Assembly: GCF_016717175.1 (NCBI RefSeq)
Contig: NZ_JADKFZ010000003.1
Strand: one strand, 5' to 3'
Source of the DNA: Nannocystis sp.
Lineage (GTDB): Bacteria > Myxococcota_A > Polyangia > Nannocystales > Nannocystaceae
DNA length: 64,000 bases
Under the pieces are notes generated by a model. That model saw nothing but the letters and a program-made list of their open reading frames with translations, was not told where the DNA came from and did not search any database. Position 1 is the first letter of the stretch. The number at the start of each line of letters is the position of its first letter. The translations under genes were made by a program, and so were the position numbers. This document shows, piece after piece, positions 17,231-26,586 of this stretch.

Positions 17231-18568
17231 TCAGGCCAGCGCCGCGTGGACGGCCGCGATCGTCACATCGGCGAGGACGTCGAGCTCCGCGTCGTCGATC
17301 ACCAGCGGCGGAAGCCAGTAGATCGTGTCGTGCAGCGGTCGCAGCAGGACCCCGCGCTCGAGCGCAGCCGCCCGCAGGCGCAGCCCGAGGCGGCCGTCGG
17401 CCGGCGTGCGCGAGGGGTCGACCTGGAACGCGCTGATCATCCCGATCTGGCGTTGCTGCACGATCGCCGGGCAGGCCGCGGTGACCGCCTCGCGGCGCGT
17501 CGCCATCGCGGCCACTCGCTCGGGCAGGCGCGCGAGCAGGTCGCCGTCTCGAAACAGGCGCAGGCCAGCAAGCGCCGCGGCGCACGTGATCGGGTTGGCC
17601 GTGAAGGTGTGGCTGTGCAGGAAGCTGCGGCTCGGTGCCCCGGTGAACGCGTCCTCGAAGCCGGCCCGGATCAACACCGCCGCCAGCGGCAGCACCCCGG
17701 CGAGGCCCTTGCTCAGGCACAGGAAGTCGGGCGTCACGCCGGCCCAGCTCGACGCGAACAGGCGTCCGGTGCGGCCGAAGCCGACCGCGATCTCGTCGGC
17801 GATGACGTCGATCCCCAGCCCATGTGCGGCCCCCGCGAGTCGGCGGTAGAAGCCAGTACCGGTCATCGTCATGCGCCCGGCGCACTGCACCAGCGGCTCG
17901 ATCACCACCGCGCTGAGCTCCGCGGCGTGCTGCTCCAGCAGCGCGACCGCGGCGTCCGCTTCGGGTGTGTCCGCCCCTAGATCGCCATCGCTGTCCTCCG
18001 GGCGGTGCGCCGGGAAGGCCGGCGCCGGCAGCTCCAGCGCGTCGAAGAGCAGCGGCGCGAAGCTGTCACGATAGGGCCCGCTGCCGCACAGCGCCAACGC
18101 CCCGAGGGTCTCGCCGTGGTAGCTGTTGCGCAGCGTGGCGAAGCGTCGGCGCCGTGGTTCGCCGATCTGCTGGTGTCGCTGATAACTGAGCTTGAGCGCC
18201 ACCTCCACCGCCGCCGAGCCGCAGTCGGCGAAAAACACCTTGCCGAGCCCCGGCGGCGCGAGCTCCAGCAGAGACTCGGCGAGTTCGACCGCCGGCGCAT
18301 GCGTGAAGCCGGCGAACATCACGTGGTCGAGGCGCTCCGACTGGGCGCGGATCGCCGCGACGATCGCCGGGTGGCCGTGCCCGTGGACGCAGGTCCACCA
18401 CGACGCGATCGCGTCGAGCAGCCGCCCGCCCGACTCGTCGTACAGCCAGCAGCCGAGGGCGCGTTCGATGGCGATGGGGGGCAAGCGATCGAGGTCGGCG
18501 AAGTGGGTCGCGGGGTGCCACAGGTGCGCGCGGTCGCGGTCGCGGAGGGACACAAGCCGGTTCGCCAT
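17231..18568 (-). CDS. bioA: Adenosylmethionine-8-amino-7-oxononanoate aminotransferase (BioA)
   Basis: ORF 17231..18649(-). HLWHP, SWWTCVHGHGHP, ADEIAVGFGRTG and LSKGL (PLP lysine) closely parallel BioA. Start placed at the internal ATG (MANRLVSL...) by analogy with BioA N-termini; a start at 18649 is possible. Confidence 0.75.
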   Translation of the reverse strand: MANRLVSLRDRDRAHLWHPATHFADLDRLPPIAIERALGCWLYDESGGRLLDAIASWWTCVHGHGHPAIVAAIRAQSERLDHVMFAGFTHAPAVELAESLLELAPPGLGKVFFADCGSAAVEVALKLSYQRHQQIGEPRRRRFATLRNSYHGETLGALALCGSGPYRDSFAPLLFDALELPAPAFPAHRPEDSDGDLGADTPEADAAVALLEQHAAELSAVVIEPLVQCAGRMTMTGTGFYRRLAGAAHGLGIDVIADEIAVGFGRTGRLFASSWAGVTPDFLCLSKGLAGVLPLAAVLIRAGFEDAFTGAPSRSFLHSHTFTANPITCAAALAGLRLFRDGDLLARLPERVAAMATRREAVTAACPAIVQQRQIGMISAFQVDPSRTPADGRLGLRLRAAALERGVLLRPLHDTIYWLPPLVIDDAELDVLADVTIAAVHAALA

Positions 18569-18720
18569 CGCCACGGCAGCCTGGTCCGCCCGGTCCTTCG
18601 CCGTCAACCCCGCGACCTCTGCGTTGCCCGATGGCCCCGGACGGCGCACGCTGTGGTATCACCCTCGACAGACACGCCGGTTGAAATGCCGGTTGTGCGC
18701 AGCGTCACGGACGGTTCGCC

Positions 18721-19434
18721 ATGCCACGCAGTTCCAGGTCCCTGATCCCCTCGCTCCTCGCCTTCCTCGCAACCGCCTCCCTCGGCGCTGGCTGTGTGCT
18801 CTACGGCGGCCCCGAGGACTACAAGACCTGCGCCGAGGTCGTGTGCGGCAACCATGCCACCTGTGGCGAGAACGCGGACTGTTACTGCGACGCTGGCTAC
18901 GACGGCAACCCCTACGACGGCTGCGTCGATGTCACGCCGGCGGTCGACGCCACCTGCAAGGTCGACTGCGGGCAAAACGCGTACTGCTCGGAGGGCGCCT
19001 GCTACTGCGAGCTCGACCACATCGCCGTGTGCGGTGCGAACGCTGGATGCATGCCCGAGGCCCGCGTCTGCGACGGTCAGCCTGACTGTCCCAACAGCGC
19101 CGACGAGGCCGTCGCTGTGTGCAGCAAGCCGGTGTTCCAGGAGTGGCTGATCACCGACGATTGCGACGACGGCCTCGATATCGACTGGCGGCTCTACGCC
19201 CAGGATCGCGACTGGGCCTGGCCCGACGCGACCTCCACTTTTGTCACCACTGGCATCGGCGCCGAGGACTTCCAGACCATTCAGTGCTTCGACGGCGAGA
19301 CGATCTGCATGGCGGGCGCCGCAGGGGACACCGTCTGGGGCTTGAACCTCGACGGCACCGGCAGCTGTGACACGTGTTGCTTTCTCTGCGGCAGCCCAAC
19401 GTACATCGACCTCGGCTTCCAGACCTGCCAGTAA
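18721..19434 (+). CDS. Cys-rich secreted lipoprotein with EGF-like repeats and an LDL-receptor class A-like module
   Basis: ORF 18721..19434. Lipobox LGAG|C. Repeated C-x-C-x...GY motifs. CDGQPDCPNSADE matches the LDLa calcium-binding signature. Confidence 0.6.
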   Translation: MPRSSRSLIPSLLAFLATASLGAGCVLYGGPEDYKTCAEVVCGNHATCGENADCYCDAGYDGNPYDGCVDVTPAVDATCKVDCGQNAYCSEGACYCELDHIAVCGANAGCMPEARVCDGQPDCPNSADEAVAVCSKPVFQEWLITDDCDDGLDIDWRLYAQDRDWAWPDATSTFVTTGIGAEDFQTIQCFDGETICMAGAAGDTVWGLNLDGTGSCDTCCFLCGSPTYIDLGFQTCQ

Positions 19435-19581
19435 TTGGCCCCCGATAATTGGCTCAGCGAACAGATCGCTGGGGGCTCGCGGGGCCTTGCAATCGCGGCC
19501 ATTTGCCGCTACGTCTCTCCTCCCCGTGCTTGTACTCTCGTGTTTCGCGCGACGCATTGCGCCGCGATCCATGGTGGCCCC

Positions 19582-20094
19582 ATGACAGAGATCGCCCAGC
19601 TCTTCGAGTCTGCGCTCCGGCAGAACCGTGCCAACCTGCTGCGCAAAGCCGCGATCAACACCGTGGCCAAGATGCCGGCACAGACCACCTTGCACGAGCT
19701 CCTCAGCAGCGAAGCAGGCACCTCGATCCGCGAGCTCACCCTCCACGAGCTGCGTGAGGCGCTGACCGGCTTCGTCCCCGCAGCGGGCGCTCGTCGGAGC
19801 CCGGGTGCAGCCAGTCACAGCGGCCCAGGCGGCCACACCAGTCACTCCGGCGTGACGGTGAACGCCGCCACGCCGGCCGCCAATAACGCCTCCCCGGAGA
19901 GCCGCGAGGCCCGGCTCTACCGCCAGATCATCGACGCCGTCGGCCACGAGCCGAAGACCATCGGCCAGCTCGCCAAGGTCGTCGATGTCGACGTGGTCGA
20001 GCTCCGCGGCTATCTCGCGTGGATGAAGAAGATGGGCAAGATCGACAGCACTGGCCGAGCCCGGGCCACCCGCTATCACCTGCCAGCTGGTTGA
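19582..20094 (+). CDS. Hypothetical protein with C-terminal winged-helix-like segment
   Basis: In-frame ATG inside ORF 19435..20094. C-terminal TIGQLAKVVDVDVVELRGYLAWMKKMGKI resembles a wHTH. The upstream part of the ORF looks non-coding. Confidence 0.45.
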   Translation: MTEIAQLFESALRQNRANLLRKAAINTVAKMPAQTTLHELLSSEAGTSIRELTLHELREALTGFVPAAGARRSPGAASHSGPGGHTSHSGVTVNAATPAANNASPESREARLYRQIIDAVGHEPKTIGQLAKVVDVDVVELRGYLAWMKKMGKIDSTGRARATRYHLPAG

Positions 20095-20157
20095 CCACGC
20101 CAGGCTGACCACGCCAGGCTGACCACGCCAGGCTGATCACGCCAGGCTGACCACGGC
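20093..20157. repeat. 14-bp microsatellite (gaccacgccaggct) x4.5 beginning inside the stop codon of the upstream gene
   Basis: Direct reading of 20091-20160. One copy has a C-to-T substitution. Confidence 0.9.
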
Positions 20158-20178
20158 ACATGGCACGCCTGAGGGTGC

Positions 20179-20646
20179 TTGCTCCGGCGCGCGAGCTGGG
20201 GGATCCTTGCGCCGGCCATGGACGACAGCAGCGACGACCTCGAGTTTGGCCGGCAGATCGCCGCGCTCAAGCACGACCTCGGCAAGTATGTGGCGTGGAT
20301 GTCGGCCAACCTCGATGAGGACTGCTGGCATGGCCCCGTGCGCGACGAGCTGATCGACGCCCTCGAGCGCGACCTGCTGCGCACGCGGACCCCCGCGGAC
20401 GGCCCGCCCGAGCCCGCCTGGGCGGTGTGGCAGCGGCTGGCTGGCGCGCTCCCCAAGCCCTGGCGCCACCCCGAGCTGCACGACGTCGACGCCGCCGTCG
20501 CCGAGCTGCAGGCGGCCGAGCCGGCGCTGCGGGCCCGCGATCGCGTCGCGCTCGCCAGCCAGCGCTCGACCATCCGCGCCGCGCAGCGGACGATCCGCAG
20601 CGCCTTGCAGCAGCTCCATCGTCGTCTCCTCCAGGCCGAGACCTAA
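20179..20646 (+). CDS. Hypothetical acidic protein (possible start at 20218)
   Basis: ORF 20179..20646 with protein-like composition. Ends 10 nt before the sigma-54 activator gene. Confidence 0.4.
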   Translation: MLRRASWGILAPAMDDSSDDLEFGRQIAALKHDLGKYVAWMSANLDEDCWHGPVRDELIDALERDLLRTRTPADGPPEPAWAVWQRLAGALPKPWRHPELHDVDAAVAELQAAEPALRARDRVALASQRSTIRAAQRTIRSALQQLHRRLLQAET

Positions 20647-20655
20647 GAGCCTCGC

Positions 20656-22326
20656 ATGTCCTCGATCCTCATCATCGACGACGAGGACAGCTACCTCGAG
20701 CTGTGCCGGCGCCACATGCCCGAGCACAGCTTCTTGCCGCCGGCCCGCAACTATCGCGAGGCCGCCGACACGCTGCGGCGTCACGCCGGCAAGGTCGACC
20801 TCGTCCTGCTCGACGTCCACTTCGACATCCCCGAGGCCGATCTGTTGCCGCAGGACAAGGCCGCGCTGCTGGCCCGCGGCGACGCCAGCCGCCAGATCGA
20901 GCGCCTGCGCCGTAGCCAGGGCTTGCACATCCTCGCCGCGATCCGCGAGCGTTACCCCGATCTGCCGGTGATCGTGATGACCTCGCGGGACGACCTCCCG
21001 CTCGAGACCGACGCCGAGCGCCTGCAGGCCGAGGACTACACCTACCTGCTCGCGGACGACTACCTCGACGCGCGTTCGCTCAAGCTGCAGGTCGACGCCA
21101 TCCTCGCCCGCCGCGAGCGTCCGGCCGCCAACGACGACGACCCCTTCTACTGGGGCGCGACCGGGGCGATGTCCAGCCTCCAGCGCCGGCTCTCGATCCT
21201 CGCGCGCGGCCGCCTGCCGATCATCATCCAGGGCGCCACCGGCACGGGCAAGAGCCTGGTCGCCCGCGAGTTCATCCACCCGCGCTCGCAGCGACCTGGC
21301 CCCTTCGTCGCCGTCGACCTCTCGACGCTGCCGACCGATCTGATGGCCGCGCACCTGTTCGGCGTGATCAAGGGCGCCTACACCGGCGCGACCAACACGC
21401 GCGAGGGCGTGCTGACGCGGGCCCACGGCGGCACCCTCTTCCTCGACGAGATCGGCAACCTCTCGCTCGAGCTGCAGAAGTCGCTGCTGCTGGTGCTGCA
21501 GGAGGGCGTGTACCGCCCGGTCGGCGCCGTCAAGGAGATCGTCACCGACATCAAGATCGTCGTCGCCACCAACGAGAACCTCGGCGCCCTGGTCCGCGCG
21601 GGCCGCTTCCGCGAGGACCTGTACATGCGCCTGAACCCGGCCACCGCGGTCACCCTGCCGAGCCTACGCGAGCGTCGCGACGACTTCGAGGAGCTGCTCG
21701 CCTGGTTCATGCGTCAGGTCGTCGGCGAGGCCTACAACCGCGACCTGCTCGGGCAGTACGCCGAGCAGCGCGGCCTCGCGGCCAACCTCCCGATCAGCGC
21801 CGGCCGCGGCGTCCCACCCCGCGCCGACGTGCGGCGGATCCACTTCCTGCTCCACCCGAGCAGCTTCAAGCTGCTGCACGACTTCGAGTGGCCGGGCAAC
21901 TTCCGTCAGTTCGCCATGACCCTGTCCAACCTCGTCACCTTCACGCTGGTCGAGCTGGTCGAGCGCGCCGAGAAGATCGAGCCCCAGCGCCCCGGCGAGG
22001 GGCGCCCCGACGTCATCCCGATCCCGCCGAAGATCGTCAGCGACCTGCTGCGACCGATGACCCCGCCCGAGGTCGTCGACCTGCCGATGGCCGCCGCGGG
22101 TCCGCGGCGCTTCGTCGTCGATCTCGAGGCCGGGGACTCGCTCAACGCGGTCTCCTGCGCCGTCGAGCGGCAGTACCTCGAGCAGCTCTACGAGCGCTGC
22201 GGCGCCGATCTCGGGCAGATGGCCGCGCTCCTGCTCGGCGACGAGACGGCCGGGCGCAAGATCCAGCTGCGCATGAACCAGCTCGGCATGAAGCTGCGCC
22301 TCCTCAAGCGCAAGACGGGGGAGTGA
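20656..22326 (+). CDS. Sigma-54-dependent response regulator (NtrC family: receiver + AAA+ sigma-54 interaction domain + C-terminal HTH)
   Basis: ORF 20656..22326. Receiver (ILIIDDE...LLDVHF), Walker A GATGTGKS, GAYTGA (GAFTGA variant), R-finger region, C-terminal Fis-like HTH. Confidence 0.85.
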   Translation: MSSILIIDDEDSYLELCRRHMPEHSFLPPARNYREAADTLRRHAGKVDLVLLDVHFDIPEADLLPQDKAALLARGDASRQIERLRRSQGLHILAAIRERYPDLPVIVMTSRDDLPLETDAERLQAEDYTYLLADDYLDARSLKLQVDAILARRERPAANDDDPFYWGATGAMSSLQRRLSILARGRLPIIIQGATGTGKSLVAREFIHPRSQRPGPFVAVDLSTLPTDLMAAHLFGVIKGAYTGATNTREGVLTRAHGGTLFLDEIGNLSLELQKSLLLVLQEGVYRPVGAVKEIVTDIKIVVATNENLGALVRAGRFREDLYMRLNPATAVTLPSLRERRDDFEELLAWFMRQVVGEAYNRDLLGQYAEQRGLAANLPISAGRGVPPRADVRRIHFLLHPSSFKLLHDFEWPGNFRQFAMTLSNLVTFTLVELVERAEKIEPQRPGEGRPDVIPIPPKIVSDLLRPMTPPEVVDLPMAAAGPRRFVVDLEAGDSLNAVSCAVERQYLEQLYERCGADLGQMAALLLGDETAGRKIQLRMNQLGMKLRLLKRKTGE

Positions 22327-22332
22327 CGGAAC

Positions 22333-25300
22333 ATGCGGACGCGGGCGGGCGTCATCGGGGCGATGTCCCTGCGCATCGCCGCTACTGGCCTCGTGCTCGG
22401 CCTCGTGCTCGGCCTCGCCGGTCACGTCGTCGCCGCGCCCGCTGGCAAGAAGTCCGCTGAAGCGCGCCCGCCCGTGGTCACCGTGAAGCCCGCGCTCGAG
22501 GCCGAGGGTCCGGCCGATGGCTTGCCGCCGCCGCCGGTGCTGGAGGCCGACACCGGCGAGACCGGCGGACCCGGCGACGAGTTCGGCGAGACCCCGCCGA
22601 TGACCCCGCAGCAGCGGCTGCAGGAGTTCGACCTGCACATCAGCCGCGCCCAGCGGGCCGAGCGTGAGAACCGCCTCGACGACGCGATCCGCGAGTACAG
22701 CGCGGCGCTCAAGCTCCAGCCCGGCGATCCGGCGGCGCTCAAAGGTCGCGCCTATCTCCGGCACAAGCGCACGAAGGAGGGCCAGTGCCCCAAGCGCGCG
22801 ATCGAAGATCTGCGGCTGCTGCGGACCTACGACCCGCGCGGCCTGTGGCTCGAGCAGCGCGGCACCCTCGTCACCTGGCTGGGTCAGTGCGACACCCGCA
22901 CGGACGCGGAGCGCCTGAGCCTCGCGCTCGAGGTCGCCGACGACGACCCCAAGTCGGCCAATCGCCCCGGCGACATTCGCTTCACCATCGCCGTCCTGCA
23001 GGCGCGCCAGGCCGAGGCCGCCGAGCGGGAGCGCGAGCGGCTCGCGCTCCAGCGGGCCGCGCTGCAGGAGCTCGAGCGCTACCGCAAGGACTGCGAGCAG
23101 ATCGGGCGCAAGCCGGCCGCCGACGCGCTGGCCCTGCAGGCGGCCCTCTACCGCAGCACCGACAACCCCGAGGCCGCGATCCAGATCTACGAGGAGCTGC
23201 TGCGCCGCTACCCGGGCACCACCGCCGCCAAGCAGGCCAAGAAGAGCGTCGACGACCTCAAGCTCGAGGTGCAGCTCGACCGGCTGGAGAAGGAGCAGGG
23301 CGGCAAGCCGAGTCAGGCCGCGGAGGCCGCGTACACCAGCGCCGTCGCGGCGCTGCGAACCGGTGACCTCGCCACCGCCGAGCGCGAGCTCGACAAGGCG
23401 ATCGCCGACTCGCCGTGGTTCCCCAAGGCGCACTACGTCCTCGGGATCGTCCACGCGCGCAGCGGTCGGGTCCCGAAGGCCGCCGAGGAGCTGAAGATCA
23501 GCATCCGCATGGACCGCTTCGACTACGAGGCGCACATGGCCCTCGGCCTGCTCTACAAGAAGGAGTTCGCCGGCGGCGAGGACGAGCAGGCGATCAAGCA
23601 CCTCGAGACGGCGCTGCTGCTGCGCCCCGATCTCTACCACCTGCACTTCCAGCTCGGGCAGCTCTACGCCCGCATCGACCGCGAGCGGGCGCGTCGCTCC
23701 TTCACCCGCTTCCTCGACGCCCCGATCCCCGAGGACGACCCCGACCGCGAGCTCGCCCGGCGCGCCCGCGACGAGCTCAACCGCGAGCCCGCCGCCGAGA
23801 ACCCCTCGATCCTCCCCGAGCCCCCGCGCGACCTCCAGCGCCTCGATCCCGAGCTGCAGCGCATGATCAACGAGGCCTACCTGCGCGTCAGCGAGGAGCA
23901 GGACTTCCAGCAAGCCGAGCGGGTGCTCGAGCGCGCCCGCAAGAAGTTCCCCGGCGAGGAGGTCGTGCTCAACGAGCTCGCCAAGGTCGCCTACGCGACC
24001 GGCCGCTTCGGCAACGCCCGCGAGTTCTGGGAGACCTCGCTGGCGATGAAGGAGGACCAGATGGAGGTGCACGAGCGCCTCGGCCTCCTGCTCGAGAGCG
24101 ACCTGCCCGACGAGGCCACCACCCACCTGCGCCGGGCCGCCGAGCTCGGCGCCTCGACGGCCCGCTTCCGCCTGGCCCAGCTGCTGTGGTCCGACCTGCG
24201 CGTGCTCGACGCCTCCGACGAGCTCGACCGCTACCTCGCCGCCGCCGGCCCCTACGACCTCTACTGGGACGCGGGTCGGCGCCTGCGGGAGCGCATGGAC
24301 CAGGTGTTCCTGCGCCTCTATCTCGCGATCGGCGCCCTGCTCCTGCTCCTGATCTCGATCCCCGCGTGGCAGGTGTACCGGCGCCTGCGCGGCGCCTCGC
24401 TGGCCCAGCTGCTGCAGCGCGCGCCCAAGAGCTTCCCCGAGGTCGCCCGGATCTTGAGCCTCATCCGCCACGAGATCCTCAAGCACAACACCGCTTTCCT
24501 CACCGACGTCGGCCGCGCGCTCGAGATGGACGAGCCCGACGCCGAGGTGCGGGCCGGCATCGTCGCCCGCCGCCTGTTCGGCGAGCACCGCGGCGGGGCC
24601 CCGGCGGGTCAGCCCGCCGGCATGCGCGAGCGCGGCATCTACGGCCGCTTCCTCGGCTACGTCGCCGAGCTGCAGAAGGTCGGGCGCAGCCACGGCGTCA
24701 CCCTGAACCTCGGCCGCAAGGACCCGATCTTCAGCGCCATGATCACCGCCTTCGAGGATCTGCGCGGGCTCGAGGCGATGCAGCGCACCCACACCCGCGA
24801 CCGCCCGACCGTTAAGCTCGACTGGTCGCGCCGGCTGGTCCGCTCGGGCCACGTGCTCGGGCGCAAGGCCTTCGAGTCGCTGAGCAGCGTGATCCACTCG
24901 CTGTGCATCGTCGAGGTCGCGCCCGGCCTGGTCCGCGAGGTCTTCGCCCAGGTCGTCGCCGAGGCCCAGTTCGGCGGCGTGCAGGTGCGCGAGCTCGAGG
25001 TGGCGGGGGAGGGCGCCCGCGTGCGAGTGTTCCGCTCCGACCTCGAGGACATCCTGACCAACGTCATGCGCAACTCGCTGCAGTCGAGCGTCCTCTACGC
25101 GCCCAAGCCGATCGCCCTCGGGGTCGCCCTGGTCACCGAGATGGACGAGATCACCGGCCTCAGCAGCCTGGCGATCCGCATCCAGGATCGCTCGAGCGAG
25201 CAGCTCAGCAACGAGATGTTGCGCGGCCGCTACGTCGAGCGCGGCATGGGCATCACCGCCGACCTGCTGTCCCGCTACGACGGCTCGATCGCCGTCGAGC

Positions 25301-25362
25301 CCGAGCCCGGCTGGCAGAAGGCCGTCGTGCTCCGCTTCTTCACCGTCGAGGAGGTCCCATGA
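22333..25362 (+). CDS. Secreted/periplasmic TPR-repeat sensor with one TM segment and a C-terminal GHKL (HATPase_c-like) domain; no canonical HisKA H-box recognised
   Basis: ORF 22333..25362. Signal peptide, multiple TPR-like helices, TM (LYLAIGALLLLLISIPAW), N-box-like ILTNVMRNSL and G-box GMGI near the C-terminus. Confidence 0.7.
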   Translation: MRTRAGVIGAMSLRIAATGLVLGLVLGLAGHVVAAPAGKKSAEARPPVVTVKPALEAEGPADGLPPPPVLEADTGETGGPGDEFGETPPMTPQQRLQEFDLHISRAQRAERENRLDDAIREYSAALKLQPGDPAALKGRAYLRHKRTKEGQCPKRAIEDLRLLRTYDPRGLWLEQRGTLVTWLGQCDTRTDAERLSLALEVADDDPKSANRPGDIRFTIAVLQARQAEAAERERERLALQRAALQELERYRKDCEQIGRKPAADALALQAALYRSTDNPEAAIQIYEELLRRYPGTTAAKQAKKSVDDLKLEVQLDRLEKEQGGKPSQAAEAAYTSAVAALRTGDLATAERELDKAIADSPWFPKAHYVLGIVHARSGRVPKAAEELKISIRMDRFDYEAHMALGLLYKKEFAGGEDEQAIKHLETALLLRPDLYHLHFQLGQLYARIDRERARRSFTRFLDAPIPEDDPDRELARRARDELNREPAAENPSILPEPPRDLQRLDPELQRMINEAYLRVSEEQDFQQAERVLERARKKFPGEEVVLNELAKVAYATGRFGNAREFWETSLAMKEDQMEVHERLGLLLESDLPDEATTHLRRAAELGASTARFRLAQLLWSDLRVLDASDELDRYLAAAGPYDLYWDAGRRLRERMDQVFLRLYLAIGALLLLLISIPAWQVYRRLRGASLAQLLQRAPKSFPEVARILSLIRHEILKHNTAFLTDVGRALEMDEPDAEVRAGIVARRLFGEHRGGAPAGQPAGMRERGIYGRFLGYVAELQKVGRSHGVTLNLGRKDPIFSAMITAFEDLRGLEAMQRTHTRDRPTVKLDWSRRLVRSGHVLGRKAFESLSSVIHSLCIVEVAPGLVREVFAQVVAEAQFGGVQVRELEVAGEGARVRVFRSDLEDILTNVMRNSLQSSVLYAPKPIALGVALVTEMDEITGLSSLAIRIQDRSSEQLSNEMLRGRYVERGMGITADLLSRYDGSIAVEPEPGWQKAVVLRFFTVEEVP

Positions 25363-25865
25363 GTTCGTCCAACACTTCCGGGTCGCGAGAGATCGACCCA
25401 CGCGAGATCAAGGTCCTGATCGTCGAGGACGGCGACGAGTACCTGCAGAACCTCTCGACCTTCGTCGCCCGCGGGATCCGCTACACCCAGGCCAAGAGCG
25501 GCGGCTGGGCCTGCACCCTCCTGAGCACGCTGCAGCCCGATCTGGTCTACCTCGACATGCGCTTCGATCGCACGCCGAACGAGGCGCTGCTCGGCGACTT
25601 CGTCGGGCTCACGGCCCGCTTCAACGGCGACGTCGCCCGCGCGCGCGCCTTCCAGCAGGACAACCAGGGCCTGTTTGTGCTGCGAGCGCTGCGCGACGCC
25701 GGCTTCCACGGCCCGGTGATCCTCTCCTACGACTTCAGCCGCGAGGAGCGGCGCTTCCGCGCCCTGTCCGACAAGGACCCCGCGCTCTCGTACTGCCCCG
25801 ACTACGCCGACGCCAGCGAGATCCAGGCCGCGATCTTCCGCGCCGTCGGGCGTCGGCCGCCGTGA
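25359..25865 (+). CDS. Stand-alone receiver-domain protein
   Basis: ATG at 25359 overlaps the upstream stop (ATGA). KVLIVEDGDE...DLVYLDMRF receiver signature. Lies in the tail of ORF 24903..25865. Confidence 0.65.
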   Translation: MSSSNTSGSREIDPREIKVLIVEDGDEYLQNLSTFVARGIRYTQAKSGGWACTLLSTLQPDLVYLDMRFDRTPNEALLGDFVGLTARFNGDVARARAFQQDNQGLFVLRALRDAGFHGPVILSYDFSREERRFRALSDKDPALSYCPDYADASEIQAAIFRAVGRRPP

Positions 25866-25908
25866 TCGCCGATCGTCGCTGGCGCTTCACCGGCGGGCGG
25901 GCGACAGT

Positions 25909-26301
25909 GTGCGCGCCATGACTGAAGACCTCGGCTCTCCCGCGATCCGCGTGCTGATGATGCCGCGCGACACCAACGCCCACGGCACGATCTTCGGCGG
26001 GCACATCCTCAGCCTCATCGACCAGGCCGGCGCCGTCGCGGCCCACGGCGTCGGCGCGCGCAAGGTCGTCACCGTGGCGATCCGCGAGGTCGTGTTCAAG
26101 GCCCCCGTGCACGTGGGCGACATCGTCAGCTGCTACGCGCGCGTGGTGAAGCGCGGCCGGACCTCGCTCACCGTCCAGGTCCGCGTGCTCGCCGAGGATC
26201 CCGTCGCGCGCGACTGCGTCGAGGTCACCAGCGCCGAACTCGTCTACGTGCACGTCGACGAGGACGGCCGCCCGAACGCGCTGCCGCCGGCCAACGCTTG
26301 A
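25909..26301 (+). CDS. Hotdog-fold acyl-CoA thioesterase (YciA-like)
   Basis: ORF 25909..26301. NAHGTIFGGHILSLIDQAG...GRTSL motifs of 4HBT/YciA thioesterases. Confidence 0.75.
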   Translation: MRAMTEDLGSPAIRVLMMPRDTNAHGTIFGGHILSLIDQAGAVAAHGVGARKVVTVAIREVVFKAPVHVGDIVSCYARVVKRGRTSLTVQVRVLAEDPVARDCVEVTSAELVYVHVDEDGRPNALPPANA

Positions 26302-26338
26302 ACGGCCCTGACGGCCCTGGGCGGCCCTGGACGGCCCT
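26300..26338. repeat. 9-10-bp microsatellite (g)acggccct x4 starting inside the thioesterase stop codon
   Basis: tgAacggccctgacggccctgggcggccctggacggccct read directly. Confidence 0.85.
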
Positions 26339-26373
26339 TGACCGCCGCGAACCCTTTCCGTAGCGTGCTCGCC

Positions 26374-26586
26374 ATGCGCACCGCATTTCACCTCGTCCTC
26401 GGTCTGTCCCTCCTGAGCCTCGGCGCCTGCGCCGAGCAGCCCGGCAAGAAGAAGGAAGAGACCAAGGCCGAGACCAAGACCGACAGCAAGACCGACAAGC
26501 CCGACGGCACCAAGACCGAGACCAAGACCGAGACCAAGGTTGAGACCAAGGTCGAGACCCCGCCGACCCCGCCGCCGGCCACCTGA
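26374..26586 (+). CDS. Small lipoprotein with Lys/Thr/Glu-rich (KTETK) repeats
   Basis: In ORF 26338..26586. Lipobox LSLG|AC. The coding sequence carries a 12-bp in-frame repeat x4. Confidence 0.45.
   Translation: MRTAFHLVLGLSLLSLGACAEQPGKKKEETKAETKTDSKTDKPDGTKTETKTETKVETKVETPPTPPPAT

Noticed and set aside
21664-25401. 1245-aa minus-strand ORF antisense to the TPR/HATPase sensor
   Set aside because: Poly-Ala/Gly/Arg/Leu composition mirroring the codon bias of the + strand gene. No motifs.
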